In this document: positions 25,017 through 38,850 of the stretch, piece after piece
How positions within the stretch are numbered: the first letter of the stretch is position 1
Layout: each line of letters begins with the position of its first letter
Position numbers and translations under genes: made by a program
Notes under the pieces: generated by a model
Database searches by the model: none
The model's input: only the letters and a program-made list of their open reading frames with translations
What the model was told of the DNA's origin: nothing
Source of the DNA: Octopus vulgaris
Taxonomy: Eukaryota
Reading direction: 5' to 3'
Length of the DNA stretch: 64,000 nucleotides
NCBI GenBank assembly: GCA_951406725.2
Contig: OX597819.1
Coordinates: 30,876,001-30,940,000, forward strand

Positions 25017-25306
25017 ATGGCCCAGTGGTTAGGGCAGCGAACTCGTGGTCGTAGGATCACGGTTTCGATTCCCAGACTGGGCGTTGTGAGTGTTTATTGA
25101 GTGAAAACACCTAAAGCTCCACGAGGCTCTGGCAGGGGGGGGGGGTGATCCCTGCTGTACTCTCTCACCACAACTTTCTCTCACTCTTTCTTTTGCTGGC
25201 CTGCTCGCATAGCCAGCAGGGTAGCGTCATTTGAAGGCTAAAACAATGCGAAGCGCATTGTGACCAGCGATGTGTAGCAACATTTGATAGCCTGGTCGGT
25301 CACGTG

Positions 25307-25308
<2 letters not shown>
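25017..25308 (+). mobile_element. SINE family B head with a different 3' tail
   Basis: Family B up to 'ctcactctttc', then gcctgctcgcatagccagc...gcattgtgaccagcgatgtgtagcaacat...cacgtga; this tail also occurs alone at 43305-43424 (-). Confidence 0.85.
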
Positions 25309-25388
<80 letters not shown>

Positions 25389-25946
25389 AGTATGTATGTA
25401 TGTATGTATAAATATATATATAATTATATATATATGTTATGGTAAGATCCAAGGATCGAGGTGGTGGAAGCCAGTAAGCTTCAAACAGTCTGTAGACAGT
25501 ATTAAAAAAGATCTTTCAGAAACAACAGTGGTTTATTGATGTAGAAGGGTGTAAATTTTTTCCCATAAGTTTGATAACCCCCAAAAAATTGTTTTATAGC
25601 TTACAGTTTGTAGCTGGGGCTGCTGTGCATATGAATAAAAATCCAAAATTAGGAACTGGAGTAGATAAAAGATTACCCCTCGTTTGGGCTGTTACTTCTT
25701 CTGAGGTTCTGCTTGCTATAAAACATATGTAGCCTGGATTTTATCAACTCCATTTCTTAATTTTGGAGATATATATATAAATATATATACATATAATCTC
25801 TTGTTAGTTATATAAAGAAGAGGGCTTATATGCACAAGTTTATATGAGAGATTCTGCCATAACTATCAAAGTATTCTGTGCTGTAACGCAACATCCACAT
25901 TTAAGTAGCGATAAATATCACCATATATATATATATATATATATAT

Positions 25947-26837
25947 AGAAGGTCTGATCAATAAGTATCCAGACTGTTGCCGTAGTAATGAAGCTAAAGC
26001 ACACAAAGTGAAACCACTCGGTACAGATTGACTTTGAACTCTGCTGTGCATGCACACTAAGTTTTAACATTCTAGCTCACTTCTGCTGTTTGCAGCAATG
26101 CTTGGAAGGAATGAGTGTAGTGTGTGATCATTACATTGACCATGACAGAAAAAGTTGTCATGGCGATACCTGCTCAGAGGCCTGTGCAAAGTTGCAGAAA
26201 GTGTATGGAGAGGAGTATATGAGTCACACACAAGTGCATGAGTGGTCCAAACGCTTCCAAGATGGCCAAAAAAATATCAATATTGACGAACATTCTGGGA
26301 GACCTGCAAGCAGCAGAAGTGAGAAAAGCATCACAGATGTGTGTGCAGCAGTGAGGGGAAATCGTCGAATCACCATCCATGAATTATCAGATGATGTGCA
26401 GATTAGTTATGGCTCAGTTCAGTCCATTATCACTAAAGATTTGGGTTTGAGACACGTGTCTGCCAGGTTTGTGCCAAAACTACTTTCAGCTGACCAAAAA
26501 GACACTTGGGTTTCAGTTGCACAAGATATCCTTGATAATGTCAAGATGAAAACTTTTTGAAAACTTTGCTTAGGCCTCTAAGCAGGTATCGCCAAGCTTT
26601 TGGCAAAATTTGAAGCAAATTCTCTGCTCAACTTTCTCTATCATGGTTAGTGCGATGATCACGTGCTACACACCTTCCTTCCAAACACTGCTGTAAACAA
26701 CAGGAGTGAGCTAGAATGTTAAACTTACTGCATATGCACAGCAGATTTCAAGGTCAATCTGTACCAAGCAGCTTCACTCTGCATGCTTTAGCATCATAAT
26801 TATGGCAACAGTCCAGACACTTGTTGATCAGACCACG
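25947..26837 (+). mobile_element. Internally deleted mariner element with imperfect TIRs of about 170 bp
   Basis: Left ggtctgatcaataagtatccagactgttgcc..., right ...ggcaacagtccagacacttgttgatcagaccacg|TA; TA context. Confidence 0.9.
26090..26560 (+). pseudogene. mariner transposase N-terminal HTH DNA-binding region, no catalytic domain
   Basis: KVYGEEYMSHTQVHEWSKRFQDG...DEHSGRP...NRRITIHELSDDVQISYGSVQSIITKDLGLRHVSARFVPKLL (WVPHEL-like linker). Confidence 0.9.
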
Positions 26838-27219
26838 TATATATGGATATATGCACACACACACACACACATTTATTACTTATCTTTATTCATTATTACT
26901 TATGAAGCTGGGCTGAAAAATTCATATGCTAACTGTGAAGAAGTGATACATGCATATATGTGTGTATATGCATACACACATATATGCATACTTATATAAC
27001 AAGTACCAGTCCTGTTCCAGTAATATGTTATTCAAGCCATAGCCTAATGAAAACAGAACACCAAATACCTGCTGTAGATAAGACTGGCTTAAAAAAACAT
27101 TTATTCTTGCAAAACAATTTACAGTGGGTTTTACAGATAGGAAAAGAACCAATCAGAATTAACCATCATACACACACACACATGTGCAATAGACTGAATG
27201 ACACATAACACAGTCATAT

Positions 27220-27522
27220 ATCATCATCATTATCATCATTTAGCGTCCGTTCTCCATGCTAGCATGGGTTGGACGGTTCAACTGGGGTCTGGGAAGCCAG
27301 AAGGCTGCACCAGGCCCAGTCTGATCTGGCAGTGTTTCTACAGCTGGATGCCCTTCCTAACGCCAACCACTCCGTGAGTTTAGTGGGTGCTTTTTACGTG
27401 ACACCTGCACAGGTGCCAGGCGAGGCTGGCAGACGGCCACGATCGGATGATGCCTTTTACATGCCACCGGCACGGAACATCAATGGAAATTGTAGCTGTG
27501 ATACCAGTGCCGGTGGCACATA
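27220..27522 (-). mobile_element. RTE 3' UTR fragment with (GAT)n tail
   Basis: Reverse complement of the 13680-14120 family. Confidence 0.85.
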
Positions 27523-27526
27523 AGAG

Positions 27527-27560
<34 letters not shown>

Positions 27561-29597
27561 GTGTAGCACCAGTCCACTATAGAATTCTCTCTCTCAGAAT
27601 ATACAGAATATGGGGTTTAGTTCACTGGTGATCTAAATGAATAGGTACACTGGGTAAGTGTTGTAATGGATTATCAGGGTTCCAAGCTTGTAACTGAGAC
27701 AGGAGCTATGGATACATTTTAGGTTTCCGATTTAGCAGATATATATTTGTGAAAGTGGACAACAAACAATGAGGCATAACAAGCATCTCAGTTTATATAC
27801 ATTATTTTATGTTATTCATAAATTAGTTGAGGTCTTACAGCTGTTTCTGAGATATCCAAAGTAACGGGCGAATATGCCTGAATACCCTCTCAAAAAAAAT
27901 GAACTGTGAACTTCATTCCTTATTTCCTTACTCTGATATATGTTTTATTAACAATATTAAATATAATTAAGGGTATCTAAAAGATACCACCATGCTAGAG
28001 ATAGCAGTCAAAACTTGACTCTAAAACCACATCATATATATATATAAGAAACAAGTTAAAAATATCGGTCATTACATATAATTCCTTTATTTGAACAAAT
28101 TTGACTTACAGTTGTTTCCAGTAGTCATTGTAGGTACATTACTGATAGGTTTATTCAACTGGTCTATTGATCAATTGAGGAGGCAAATTGAACGACCTAA
28201 GAAAATTAATGCTACTTTCATCAAACCCATTTCTGACTATAACAAGCAGAGCACTTGAGGAATGACTATTGTGTGGGGAAGGTGAGGGAAGATATTTTAA
28301 TTTTACAGCTGGGGGGTGCCCTTCTTGTTTTTTGGATAGTTGCAAACAAATGACATCACTTCTATGATGGTAATGTTCACTAACAAACATCATGCAATGT
28401 CAAGACAAGGGGCAACACACACAAACACACAAAAGTTAACACACACACACCTATACAAACATATACATAATGGGCTTCTTTCAGTTTCCATCTAGCAAAT
28501 CCACTCACAAGGCTTTGGTTGACCCAGGGCTATAGTCAAAGACACCCAAAGTACCACACAGTGGGACTGAACTCGAAACCAGACAGTCGGAAGCAAGCTT
28601 CTTAACCACACAGCCATGCTTTTCTTTATGAGTTTTTTTCACAATAAAAGGCACAGTAATCCTTGTTGACATTACAACCGGTTGCTCTGCACTTTTATAG
28701 AACAGTGGAATAAAAAAAAATATAAGGATACAGGAAATGTGTCAAAGCCGACAGGAAGCGTCGATGCTTCCTAGGGCTAAATAGCAGTGGTGTGATTCCC
28801 TTTAAGGGACTGTCACGTTGAGTTGACAATATACAACCACTATAAAAAAAATCCTTTTCTTGAAAAAAACAAGGGTTGACAACAGAGCATCCATCGGTAA
28901 ACTGCTGCAGCTAATTCAGGCTACCATAATAAAACATTAAATGACCAAATTAACAGTATTCTGTATCTTCTCAGGACACAAATGTATTTCTGGTAGTAAG
29001 TGTTTGTAAAAACATATCAAGTAGCACCTCATGTATATAAACAGCAGAATTCCCTTATTATTCTCCTGGTGAGTTAGTAGTTATCATGCTTACATGAGGG
29101 TACTAAAACACAAAAATGCCAAATACAGTCTTATGTTGGAAGTGTGTAGAAGTTAATATGTTAATTTATGTGAGATAAACAAGAATTATATTCCTGGACT
29201 GTGATTTTAGTTAATCAACCATTCAATTGATCATACATGCTGACGTGTATGGTTGGCTGAAGAGCCAGGGGAACAAAACCATGGTTTGTGTATATGATCC
29301 TTGTTTATCCCACATAAATTAACACACACACACATAAAACACACACGTAGTGGTGGTGGAGGGAAATGTAATCCAATCATATCATTGTATTATAAGTTGC
29401 TAAACTTAGCAAAGCAGAGTGATTTGTCTTATGAATACAACTGAACATTCCAACACCTGGTTTATTCAACATCAAGACAATGTTATGTTGTTTGGTGAGA
29501 AAATGTATGTAAATACTTTTTTTTTTCCAATAGCAAATATTTTGTAAAGTAAGAATTTGATTTCAGATTATGTTTTCCACTGAAAAATAATGTGACC

Positions 29598-30234
29598 TGC
29601 AACAGAATGAACCCTATTAAAAGGTGCCCAAGGAGCAAGTGACAGGCAATGAATTAAGTCTACTCCCCAACCAACATCAAAGATCCTTCCCACAGGCTTC
29701 CGTGCAGTTTATGTCAACCAAATATCATTAGACAGGATTTGGCTGACCCAAGGTTATAAAAAAAACCATTTGTTCAAAGTTCCATGAAGTGAGATTGAAA
29801 TTGAAATTATGTAGCTGTTAAATGAACTTCTTAACTACACAGCCATACACCTACATCCAACTGAAACAAAACACTAATTTCACTAGTCCCATCTTGTTAT
29901 CCCTACTTTGAGTCAAGCGTCATTGATATCACTAATACCAACATGTTATCCTTACTTCACATCGAACAACGTTAATACCAGACATCACCTGATTGTCACC
30001 ATTTTCAGTTTATCAACATTAATTTCATTAAAACCAACATGTTATCCCACACAATTAGTATCTAAATATTATTTTATATCTCTGCACACACATAAAAGAT
30101 CAACAACTAACTTTGTGGACTTTTAATTACCACATATTCAACTAGATGTTCCTACAGGACCATTCAAGTTAACGCTTTCTCAGATCACACCCAAATGCAA
30201 TCTTTAATAAAAGTTGGTGGACATATTAGAAAAC
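29598..30234 (+). repeat. Direct duplication of about 635 bp, copy 1
   Basis: Near-identical to 33325-33960; ORFs 29908 and 33634 differ at 2 of 72 aa. Confidence 0.95.
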
Positions 30235-30344
30235 AAGATGAGATGGTCACTGTTGGAAGCATTTAGTTTATAGCCTGCTCAATCAGTGCTAACCTAGGGT
30301 GGATGGAGGGTGGGTGCTAAACAGCAACAATAACAAATACATTT

Positions 30345-30997
30345 ATGGCTCACAATCATGAGGTAGTGAGTTCCATTCCTAGACAGGGCTGTGTGTTGTG
30401 TTCTTCAGCAAGACACTTTATTTCACATTACCCCAGTTCACTCAGTTGTAGAAATGAGTTGCAACATCACTGGTGCCAGGCTGCTACGCATGGGTGACTG
30501 TTGGTCTTCCATAAACAACCTTGGCCAGACTTGTGCCCCAGAGGTTAACTTTCTAGGAGGTCTTTACTTGATTTTTATAAAAAGTAATTGATTTTTTTGT
30601 TTTAGCAATATAGACACAGGTGTGGCTATATGGTAAGAAGTTTGCTTCCCAACCGCATGGTTATGGGTTCATTCTCACTGCAAGGTACCATGGACAAGTC
30701 TCTTCTACTATAGCCCCTGGCTAATCAAAGCATTGTGAATGGATTTGATAGGCAGAAATTGAAAGAAGCCAAGCAAGTGTGTGTGTGTGTTTGTCCCACC
30801 ACCACCACCACTACTACTTGATATCTGGTGTCGGTTTGTTTATGTCACCATAACTTAGCAGTTCAGCAAAAGAGAACAATAGAATAAATATCAGACCTAA
30901 AAAAATAAGTACTAGAGTCAATATGTTTGACTAAACACCTTTCAAGATAAAGCCCCAAACTGGTCGGAACCCAATGACTAAAACAAGTAAAAGATAA
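30345..30997 (+). mobile_element. Partial SINE D (30345-30560) followed by diverged SINE A (30613-30997)
   Basis: Family motifs present but diverged. Confidence 0.7.
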
Positions 30998-31868
30998 ACA
31001 TGGTTTTCAACATATTCATTTATAATGTGGAAAGATCAGCATGGAAAGAATCAGTAGAGAGAATAGAGTGGAAAAATAACGTGAAGAGAATAGGTTGAGT
31101 AGAATGAAAATACCAGAATTGATTTTATTTCTCTATCTTTTTTGTTAAAGCTTTTGATTATTTTGCTCAGAATATCACAAACATTATGTAGTCAATATAA
31201 GGTATTCTATACTTTCATTATCCTTTTTATTTGCTTAAATGGATGAGGTGGTATTTAGTTAGAGCTATTGTTATACCTGCTTACCTGATTGAGATAGTGT
31301 TTTGTCAAGTACTATTGTTATACCTGGATGAGAACTTACCTTGATGAGGTGGCATTTTGTCAGGGAACTATTGTTTTACAAGTTTATGTGGATGAGATAG
31401 TGTTTAGTTAAGGGAGGTTTTTTTTTTTTATTCATTTATTTTTCGTTTTACAGCTGAATGATCTTCCCAACTGCAAACTGCTCGACTATACAATAGAAGT
31501 ATTTCGATATCAGACCAACTAGAGCAAACAAAATTATATGCCTTGTTGAGAAAATAAACTTGATAATAAATTACCATTGCATTGATTTTCATTTGTAAGT
31601 GTCTATAATATTAGTTTTTAACTTATCTGCAAAGCCTCATATCTGTGGGGGAGATTTGTAGAGATTTATAGTTAATTACAATTATCCTACTACTTAACTT
31701 GTCCATATTTTATTGACCCCCAAAACCAAGGAAAGTAAAGCTGGTCCTGGCAAGATTTGAACTCAGACTGTAAAATAGTCATCATTAAATACAGCAAAAT
31801 ATTATTGTTTCATGCTCTAACTACTTTTCCAATCCACCAGACACGTTCCTGTATAATAGCAATTTTAT

Positions 31869-31957
<89 letters not shown>

Positions 31958-33324
31958 TGTGTGTTTGTTTTATTTTTTACTCATTTCAGCCATTTGACTG
32001 CGACCATGCGGGAGCACTGCCTTGAAAAATTTTAGTCAAATGAATATTATCGTTATTTTATTTTAAGCCTGGTACTTATTCTATCAGTCTCTTTTGCTGA
32101 ACCACTAAGTTATAGGGACATAAACATATCAATACCAGCTGTCAAGTGGTGGTAGGGGAGCAAACACAGACCCAAAGACACATACACACACACACACACA
32201 CATATATATAATAAGAAGAGGAAGAACAGTCTCTTCCCCATGACATTTTAAAAAATTTTCAATTATGAGGAGGGAGGAAGTCACCTTTAGACTGTAAACC
32301 TGACCCAAACACTTGCAACAAAGTAGAAACCACTGAAAATCCAAGAACCAGGTGATGACATTTTTAACTACATTACAATCCAATACTCTCAGAATAACAT
32401 ACCTGAAAATATTAAACTTGTTTACTTTCTAAAGTCTATAATTAGAAAAAATTTTAACTTAGTTCATTAAAAATGTTTTTTGGTAAATTAACACTATAAG
32501 TTGTAAGCATGAGAAATATGTCTTTATATGTTGTTGTCATTATTGTTGTTGTTCAACTTTCAGTCAGTCCTTACCAAACAGACCCAGGATCAAAGGGGTT
32601 TCAGCAGTCACCACCCCAGACATTTTTCCAAGGTGCAATGCACCCAGCACCAAATTATCCAATGTATCCTTCCATTTTAAATATGGCAGGGTATCATTTG
32701 AGTGAAATTTTGCTGCTATTTCTAACAGAACAACTGACTATGTAGAGGTTCCCATGTTAGCTCATGACGTAATTGTTGGTGGTGTTAACGTTCATGCAAT
32801 AGGTGAATTAAAAAAGTGTAAAAATATTGCCAGTAGACAGATATACGCACAGCCATAGAAGTCTAAATCTCCTGACTATTGCCAACACAAACTATAAATG
32901 TCCCCAATCCTTAAATAAAACCTATGATACATTTAGCTGTTTAGACATACAGCAGCCATAATAGCAGTTAGAGAACAAAGACTGAAATAACAGATTGATT
33001 GAAAGGAAAGTGATATATTATGATCAGAAAACTACAAGCTGTTACAAAACTGGGGTGACAAGTAGGATAATTGTATAAAAATGAAAATTACCAATGAAAC
33101 ACAATGGACCTGCCTCTTTGCCATCTACCACTCATAGAGTGGAGTACATTCCAAACCACTACAGTAAATACTTTAATTCTATTTCCTTCACTATAAAAGC
33201 AAGGTATACTAATCTTTTTATTTATGGCTCAGACATCATAAGAAGAACAGAGTCTATGAGTTCTTTTGTCAGGGGCTCAGAGACAGGTAGAGGAAAGAAG
33301 GGAGTTGCCTTCAGACCAGAGACT

Positions 33325-33960
33325 TGCAACAGAACGAACCCTACTAAAGGTGTCCAAGGAGCAAGTGACAGGCAATGAATTAAGTCTACTCCCCAACCAA
33401 CATCAAAGATCCTTCCCACAGGCTTCCGTGCAGTTTATGTCAACCAAATATCATTAGACAGGATTTGGTTGACCCAAGGTTATAATAAAAAACATTTGTT
33501 CAAAGTTCCATGAAGTGAGATTGAAATTGAAATTATGTAGCTGTTAAATGAACTTCTTAACTACACAGCCATACACCTACATCCAACTGAAACAAAACAC
33601 TAATTTCACTAGTCCCATCTTGTTATCCCTACTTTGAGTCAAGCGTCATTGATATCACTAATACCAACATGTTATCCTTACTTCACATCGAACAACGTTA
33701 ATATCAGACATCACCTAATTGTCACCATTTTCAGTTTATCAACATTAATTTCATTAAAACCAACATGTTATCTCACACAATTAGTATCTAAATATTATTT
33801 TATATCTCTGCACACACATAAAAGATCAACAACTAACTTTGTGGACTTTTAATTACCACATATTCAACTAGATGTTCCTACAGGACCATTCAAGTTAACG
33901 CTTTCTCAGATCACACCCAAATGCAATCTTTAATTAAAGTTGGTGGACATATTAGAAAAC
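33325..33960 (+). repeat. Direct duplication of about 635 bp, copy 2
   Basis: tgcaacagaa...ggacatattagaaaac matches 29598-30234. Confidence 0.95.
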
Positions 33961-34881
33961 CAACATGTTATCCCAACTTTCTAACAGGTGCAAGGGAACA
34001 TTCTTTGCTACTTAAATTGCTACCTGAATAAACAAACATTAGTGTAGTGATTTTAGAATGAAAGAAAACAAATCATTCTATTGAATCTCTTCTGTTAATA
34101 TGTCAGACAAACTTAAAGAAGCTGGATCTAGTAAACAGAGGGAAATTAAGAACTCTACTTGAAGATAGCAGAGATAGCAACGGCTATAACATATAGTTAT
34201 CTATCTTCAAGTTGAATATTATTTACAAACCAAAGAGGAATCAGGATATTTTTGATAAAGTTTATCAAACAAGGAAATCTAAACAAAATTTAAACAACAT
34301 CAGAGTACATTCACTGAAATACTGTACTCACAATATTCAGGTACATTGAGCATTAAAAAGTTAATTACACATAACTATGAAGTGAAGAAAAGACAATATT
34401 AATCAATAACTACTATTATTTTAATTATTCTACCAAGTATAAGACAACTCTAGACATGTTTCACTCTTATTAGATCTCTTTCGTTAAGCATAGATAATAA
34501 TGTACTTGCCAGAGTTGTATTGAGAGAGTCACTAAGTGAAAGTATAATAATGAACACTAATTAACATAGAAAAATAGCATATTTTAGAGAATATATTACT
34601 GAGAGAAACTATTCTTTGATCTGAAACAGAGAGATAAGGATGACAAAAATATATTGTTTATCAACAAAAATTAACATATTTACACTAAAATTACTTGTAA
34701 CTTCTATTGTTAATCTTGAGATTATTTTTATAAAGGAATATATAGCTTAAGGATATATTTAAAAGACAAATTAGTTTCTTTATATAGCTTGGATTATTTG
34801 TATATTATATATAAACCAAGAAAGACTGGGACAAGAAAATGGAAATTTATTTACAGAAGTAAAAGAAAATATAGAATACAT

Positions 34882-35295
34882 CTTCTTTTACTCTTTTACT
34901 TGTTTCAGTTATTTGACTGTAGCCATGCTGGAGCAGCGCCTTTTAGTCGAGTAAATCGACCCCAGGACTTATTCTTTGTAAGTCTAGTACTTATTCTATC
35001 AGTCTCTTTTGCTGAACTGCTAAGTTACGGGGACGTAAACACACCACCGTCGATTATCAAGCAATGGTGGGGGCACAAACACAGACACACAAACATATAC
35101 ACACATACATATATATATATATACATATATACGACAGGCTTCTTCCAGTTTCTGTCTACCAATTCTGCTCACAAGGCTTTGGTTGGCCTGAGGCTATAGT
35201 AGAAGACACTTGCCCAAGATGCCACACAGTGGGACTGAACCTGGAATCATATGGTTGGTAATCAAGCTACTTACCACACAGCCACTCCTACGCCA
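34882..35295 (-). mobile_element. SINE family A, full length
   Basis: Family A motifs. Confidence 0.9.
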
Positions 35296-35374
35296 TAAGA
35301 TAAATTTTTATTTTTCAAAATAAACAAAACTAACAGTACGATAAAAAAAATGTTAATTTTTATATACTTCCACT

Positions 35375-35495
35375 TCATATTTGAAAAATTTTCTCCTACT
35401 TCTTTTGATTGCAAAGTCCTTGATCAGATCCTCAAAATTAATCTTATATAACACATCTGCTTCTATACTTAATAGAAATAAGGCATCCCAAATAT
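35375..35495 (-). pseudogene. hAT transposase C-terminal dimerisation-domain relic
   Basis: WDALFLLSIEADVLYKINFEDLIKDFAIKRSRRK matches the hAT pattern L..LSIE......I.F...I..FA..K.RR. Confidence 0.7.
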
Positions 35496-35769
35496 CATTT
35501 TGCTAAGTTTAAAGTGATTTATTTTGAGCTGTAAAGCATTTACCGTTTCTATAGTGCCCCCCCCCCCACTTCCCTTGATGCCCTACACACATGGTTATTT
35601 TGCCTGATGGTAAATTCAGTGCCGACCCACAAACATCCTGTCCTCTCACTTTGCCTTTTCTGTTGGCCACTACTGTAGTCTCATTGTATCACATGGAAAA
35701 GACTGAATTTCCAGTGGCTAAGTCACTCTCACCATAAAAAAAGAAAAAGCATGATGAAAATATGCTTTT

Positions 35770-36163
35770 AATCTTTTACTTGTTTCAGTCATTAGACTGT
35801 GGCCATGCTGGAGCACCATCTTCAAGAATTTTTAGTGGAATGAATCAATTCTGATACTTTTTTTTTTTTTAAGCCTGGTACTTATTCTATCAGCCTCTTT
35901 TACAAAGCTGCTAAGTTATGGGGATTTAAATACACCCACACCAGTTGTCAAGCAGTGTTGGAGGACAAACACAAACACACACACACACACACAAATATAT
36001 GACAGACTTCTTTCAGTTTCCGTCTACCAAATCCACTCATAAGACTTTGGTCAACCCAAGGTTATAGTTGAAGACACTTGCCCAAGGTGTCATGTAGTGG
36101 GACTGAACCCGGAACCATGTGTTTGGAAAGCAAACTTCTTACCACACAGCCATGCCTGCACCT
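35770..36163 (-). mobile_element. SINE family A
   Basis: Family A motifs. Confidence 0.85.
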
Positions 36164-37749
36164 ATATAATAACATTTTTTCAATAGATTTTTACTTGCAC
36201 ACTGTAAACAGATGATATAAAATTTGTAACAATGATTTATAATATGGGCAAAAGGCCTCAAATGTAGGTGATGTATACAGACAATGAGAACAACTTCAGT
36301 ACTCAACTAACCCCAGACAGACGAAAGGTTAAGTCAACCATGCTGAGATATATTGCACACCTGCAGAAAATGACAAAGAAAAATTAGTAAGATATATTGT
36401 GGCTTGAATCATTATGAACTATTTTCAGTGAAGTGCTGACAAATGAAGTGGTTACTACACAATCAAAAGAGAAGACAACCTAATAATCTAAATAATAAAT
36501 TGAAGCTAATTTTCAAAGCTGGTGTAAAATTTAATATAGTAAATAAAGATAGATAGATTAGGTGTTTACTCAACTCTCTTAATGGTATTGACAATAAATG
36601 AAGAATAAAACGAGTAAGCTCTGAAATTCTTTGATATTACAATTGGACACAGAGATAGGTATGGCATCCAGTAAGTGAATATTGAACATTTTCCAATACA
36701 GCTAAGATGAGGACACACACATACATACACACAAACAACAACATGAAAGACAAAGTAAAAACACTGACACTCAAGAAAGGAAAACAGTAGAAGTGTCTTT
36801 GACATTTCAAGTTTAAGCACTTCTCTAGTAAGTCAGGTGGAAGGAAATAGGTAGAAAAAAAAAAAATAAAAATGCGAATTATAGAGAAATAGATTCTAGT
36901 CTGTGTCAAGCCATGTTAAAAATGGTTGGAGGCTAGAATGTCCAGTGGTGAAGGGAAAAGAAAAAAGTTTCAAACATGAGAGCAATAGCAAAATTGTGAA
37001 AGTAAAGAAGATAACTTTGTGTCAGTGTGCATGTTTGTGTGCAATGATAGTATATGTGTTCATGTGTATGTAGGTACTTCTTTAAGTGTTTAGTATGTGC
37101 ATTGCATACATAGTGCATCTATCAATGCACTGATATGAAGTGTGGTGGAGTGCAAGGAGGAAGAGTGATCTATATGCTAGATTACATCATATAAAGGACA
37201 TTTGCTTCGTAGGTGAGTTCCTATTTATTATCAACCATGTAGCCACTAGCCTACTGTTACTACAACAATTTCTGTTCTTCTGAACTTGCTAACCTAACAT
37301 CAATCATTGATGCCATCCTTTCATCAGCTCTACTGTGGCTCAGCTTCAAGCTACCATACTTTGTCCTAATCTCTGCTTTGTCTTCATAACTAGATTTCTC
37401 TTGAGCTACAAACCAACAACAATTCAAAGAAAGCATTGATTTCTAACAATGATATAAGGTTACAAATTTTGGAGGAAGAAACAATCAGTTATATCTATCC
37501 CAGTAGTTGACTGGTACTTAAATTTACTGATGAACCCCACTGACCTCAGACAGATTTCAACACAGAACATAAAGTACTTGGTGGCAGGGTTTACTCACCA
37601 CTACAACTTGAGTATTGCAGCCTGCAATCAATGGTTGGTATTGCCAAGTTGAGTTCCTCAGCACACCCAGCAGCTAGTGACAAATAATCTTCAGCAGAGG
37701 AAGATGATGATGTTGTCAATCACCTTCCAGGTTTAGCTATCCAGACTGT

Positions 37750-38139
37750 ACCAAGTCCAATTCCAACAAAGAACTGCATGTGCACACACATCAGCCCACA
37801 ACCTCCCCCCCCCCCTCATATTTATCTGCTGGATGAGTTGGTACAGATATGTCCTTTACCTCCTGCCAGATCATCAAACCAAGGCCTTACTCTCATTCAA
37901 CACAGCAGCTGTGGGCAGGCCCTGCACCAGATAGCTGGATTTGATTAAGGAAGATCTCCAGAGATCCGACATCATCTTGGAACATGCAGAGGGGCTGGCA
38001 TTGCACCACCAGCAATGGAGAGCACTGGTGAACCTGGTCAGCTCAACATGCGATGGCGCCTCTGGGACCACTAACCTGGGATGGTCCCGGAGGCGCCATC
38101 AAGCAAAAGTATGAAGAAAGAAGCAAGCAAGCAAGCAAG
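37750..38139 (+). mobile_element. 5'-truncated RTE-like LINE of a second family, with 3' hairpin and (GCAA)n tail
   Basis: GRPCTR*LDLIKEDLQRSDIILEHAEGLALHHQQWRALV matches RTE C-terminus; 19-bp stem at 38052-38100. Confidence 0.75.
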
Positions 38140-38479
38140 GACATAAAGGCAGTTATCAAATACTTCAAGATATTTTGTCCAATACTCTAATGATTCAGCC
38201 ATACCTATTTAAATGTTATTACTTTTGAACTCTACTCAGAGTGCTTCATATTATCTAGAAAGGTCATAGACACACTATTTTTTATTACTCCTTCTTAGGC
38301 AAACAAATAAAAGGAAAAGTTAAGAGTTAATCTTTCAGATTCTCTCCTATGTAACCTGATACAAAAGCACCAGCTACAAAGTACAACAAAGAAATTTAGT
38401 TATGACTAAAAGATACAAAAGCCACTTCTGTCTACAGTTATGTCTAGCATTTTACAACATTAGTCAACAGTAATTTAAA

Positions 38480-38850
38480 CAAGAGGGATCAACCTATTCT
38501 ATCTTCCTTACGTTTTGAGCCAAAACAACTTAAAAATGAAGAGTATAGTTTGTTGCCACAGCAAGCTCCAGCACTTACAGCCCTCACTGTTATAGACACA
38601 AACACTCACAAAATGCCTGTACAGATCTACAATGCCACAGAAGAGAACTATGACTAAACTAAAACACAATGCTCCTTGCTCATTTCAGGCCAACCGAAAT
38701 GCACAAAGGAACAGTTGAAAATGGCAATAACCTCATTAACCTCATGCAAAGATCTGGGAATATACACTACCAATAATGAATATGTGAAGAGGAGGAGCAC
38801 CGACTGACCTATCTCAGCCCAAATTATCCATGCATGCTGTAACCACCTAC
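38480..38850 (+). pseudogene. Decayed LINE apurinic-like endonuclease fragment
   Basis: Frameshifted ENGNNLINL/CKDLGIYTTNNEY.KRR/LTYLSPN resembles the APE NG..L...C....L...NT...TW.SP motif. Confidence 0.45.

Noticed and set aside
28110-28196. Minus-strand exon-like segment
   Set aside because: Stops in all frames, and the apparent donor resembles a nearby repeat motif (cttacagctgtttc).
29598-33960. LTR retrotransposon reading of the 635-bp direct repeats
   Set aside because: No PBS, PPT, TSD or gag/pol was found, and the repeats contain decayed SINE pieces.
34450-34492. GAAACATGTC hammerhead-like end on minus
   Set aside because: The CUGA core and stem II are too degraded to support a call.
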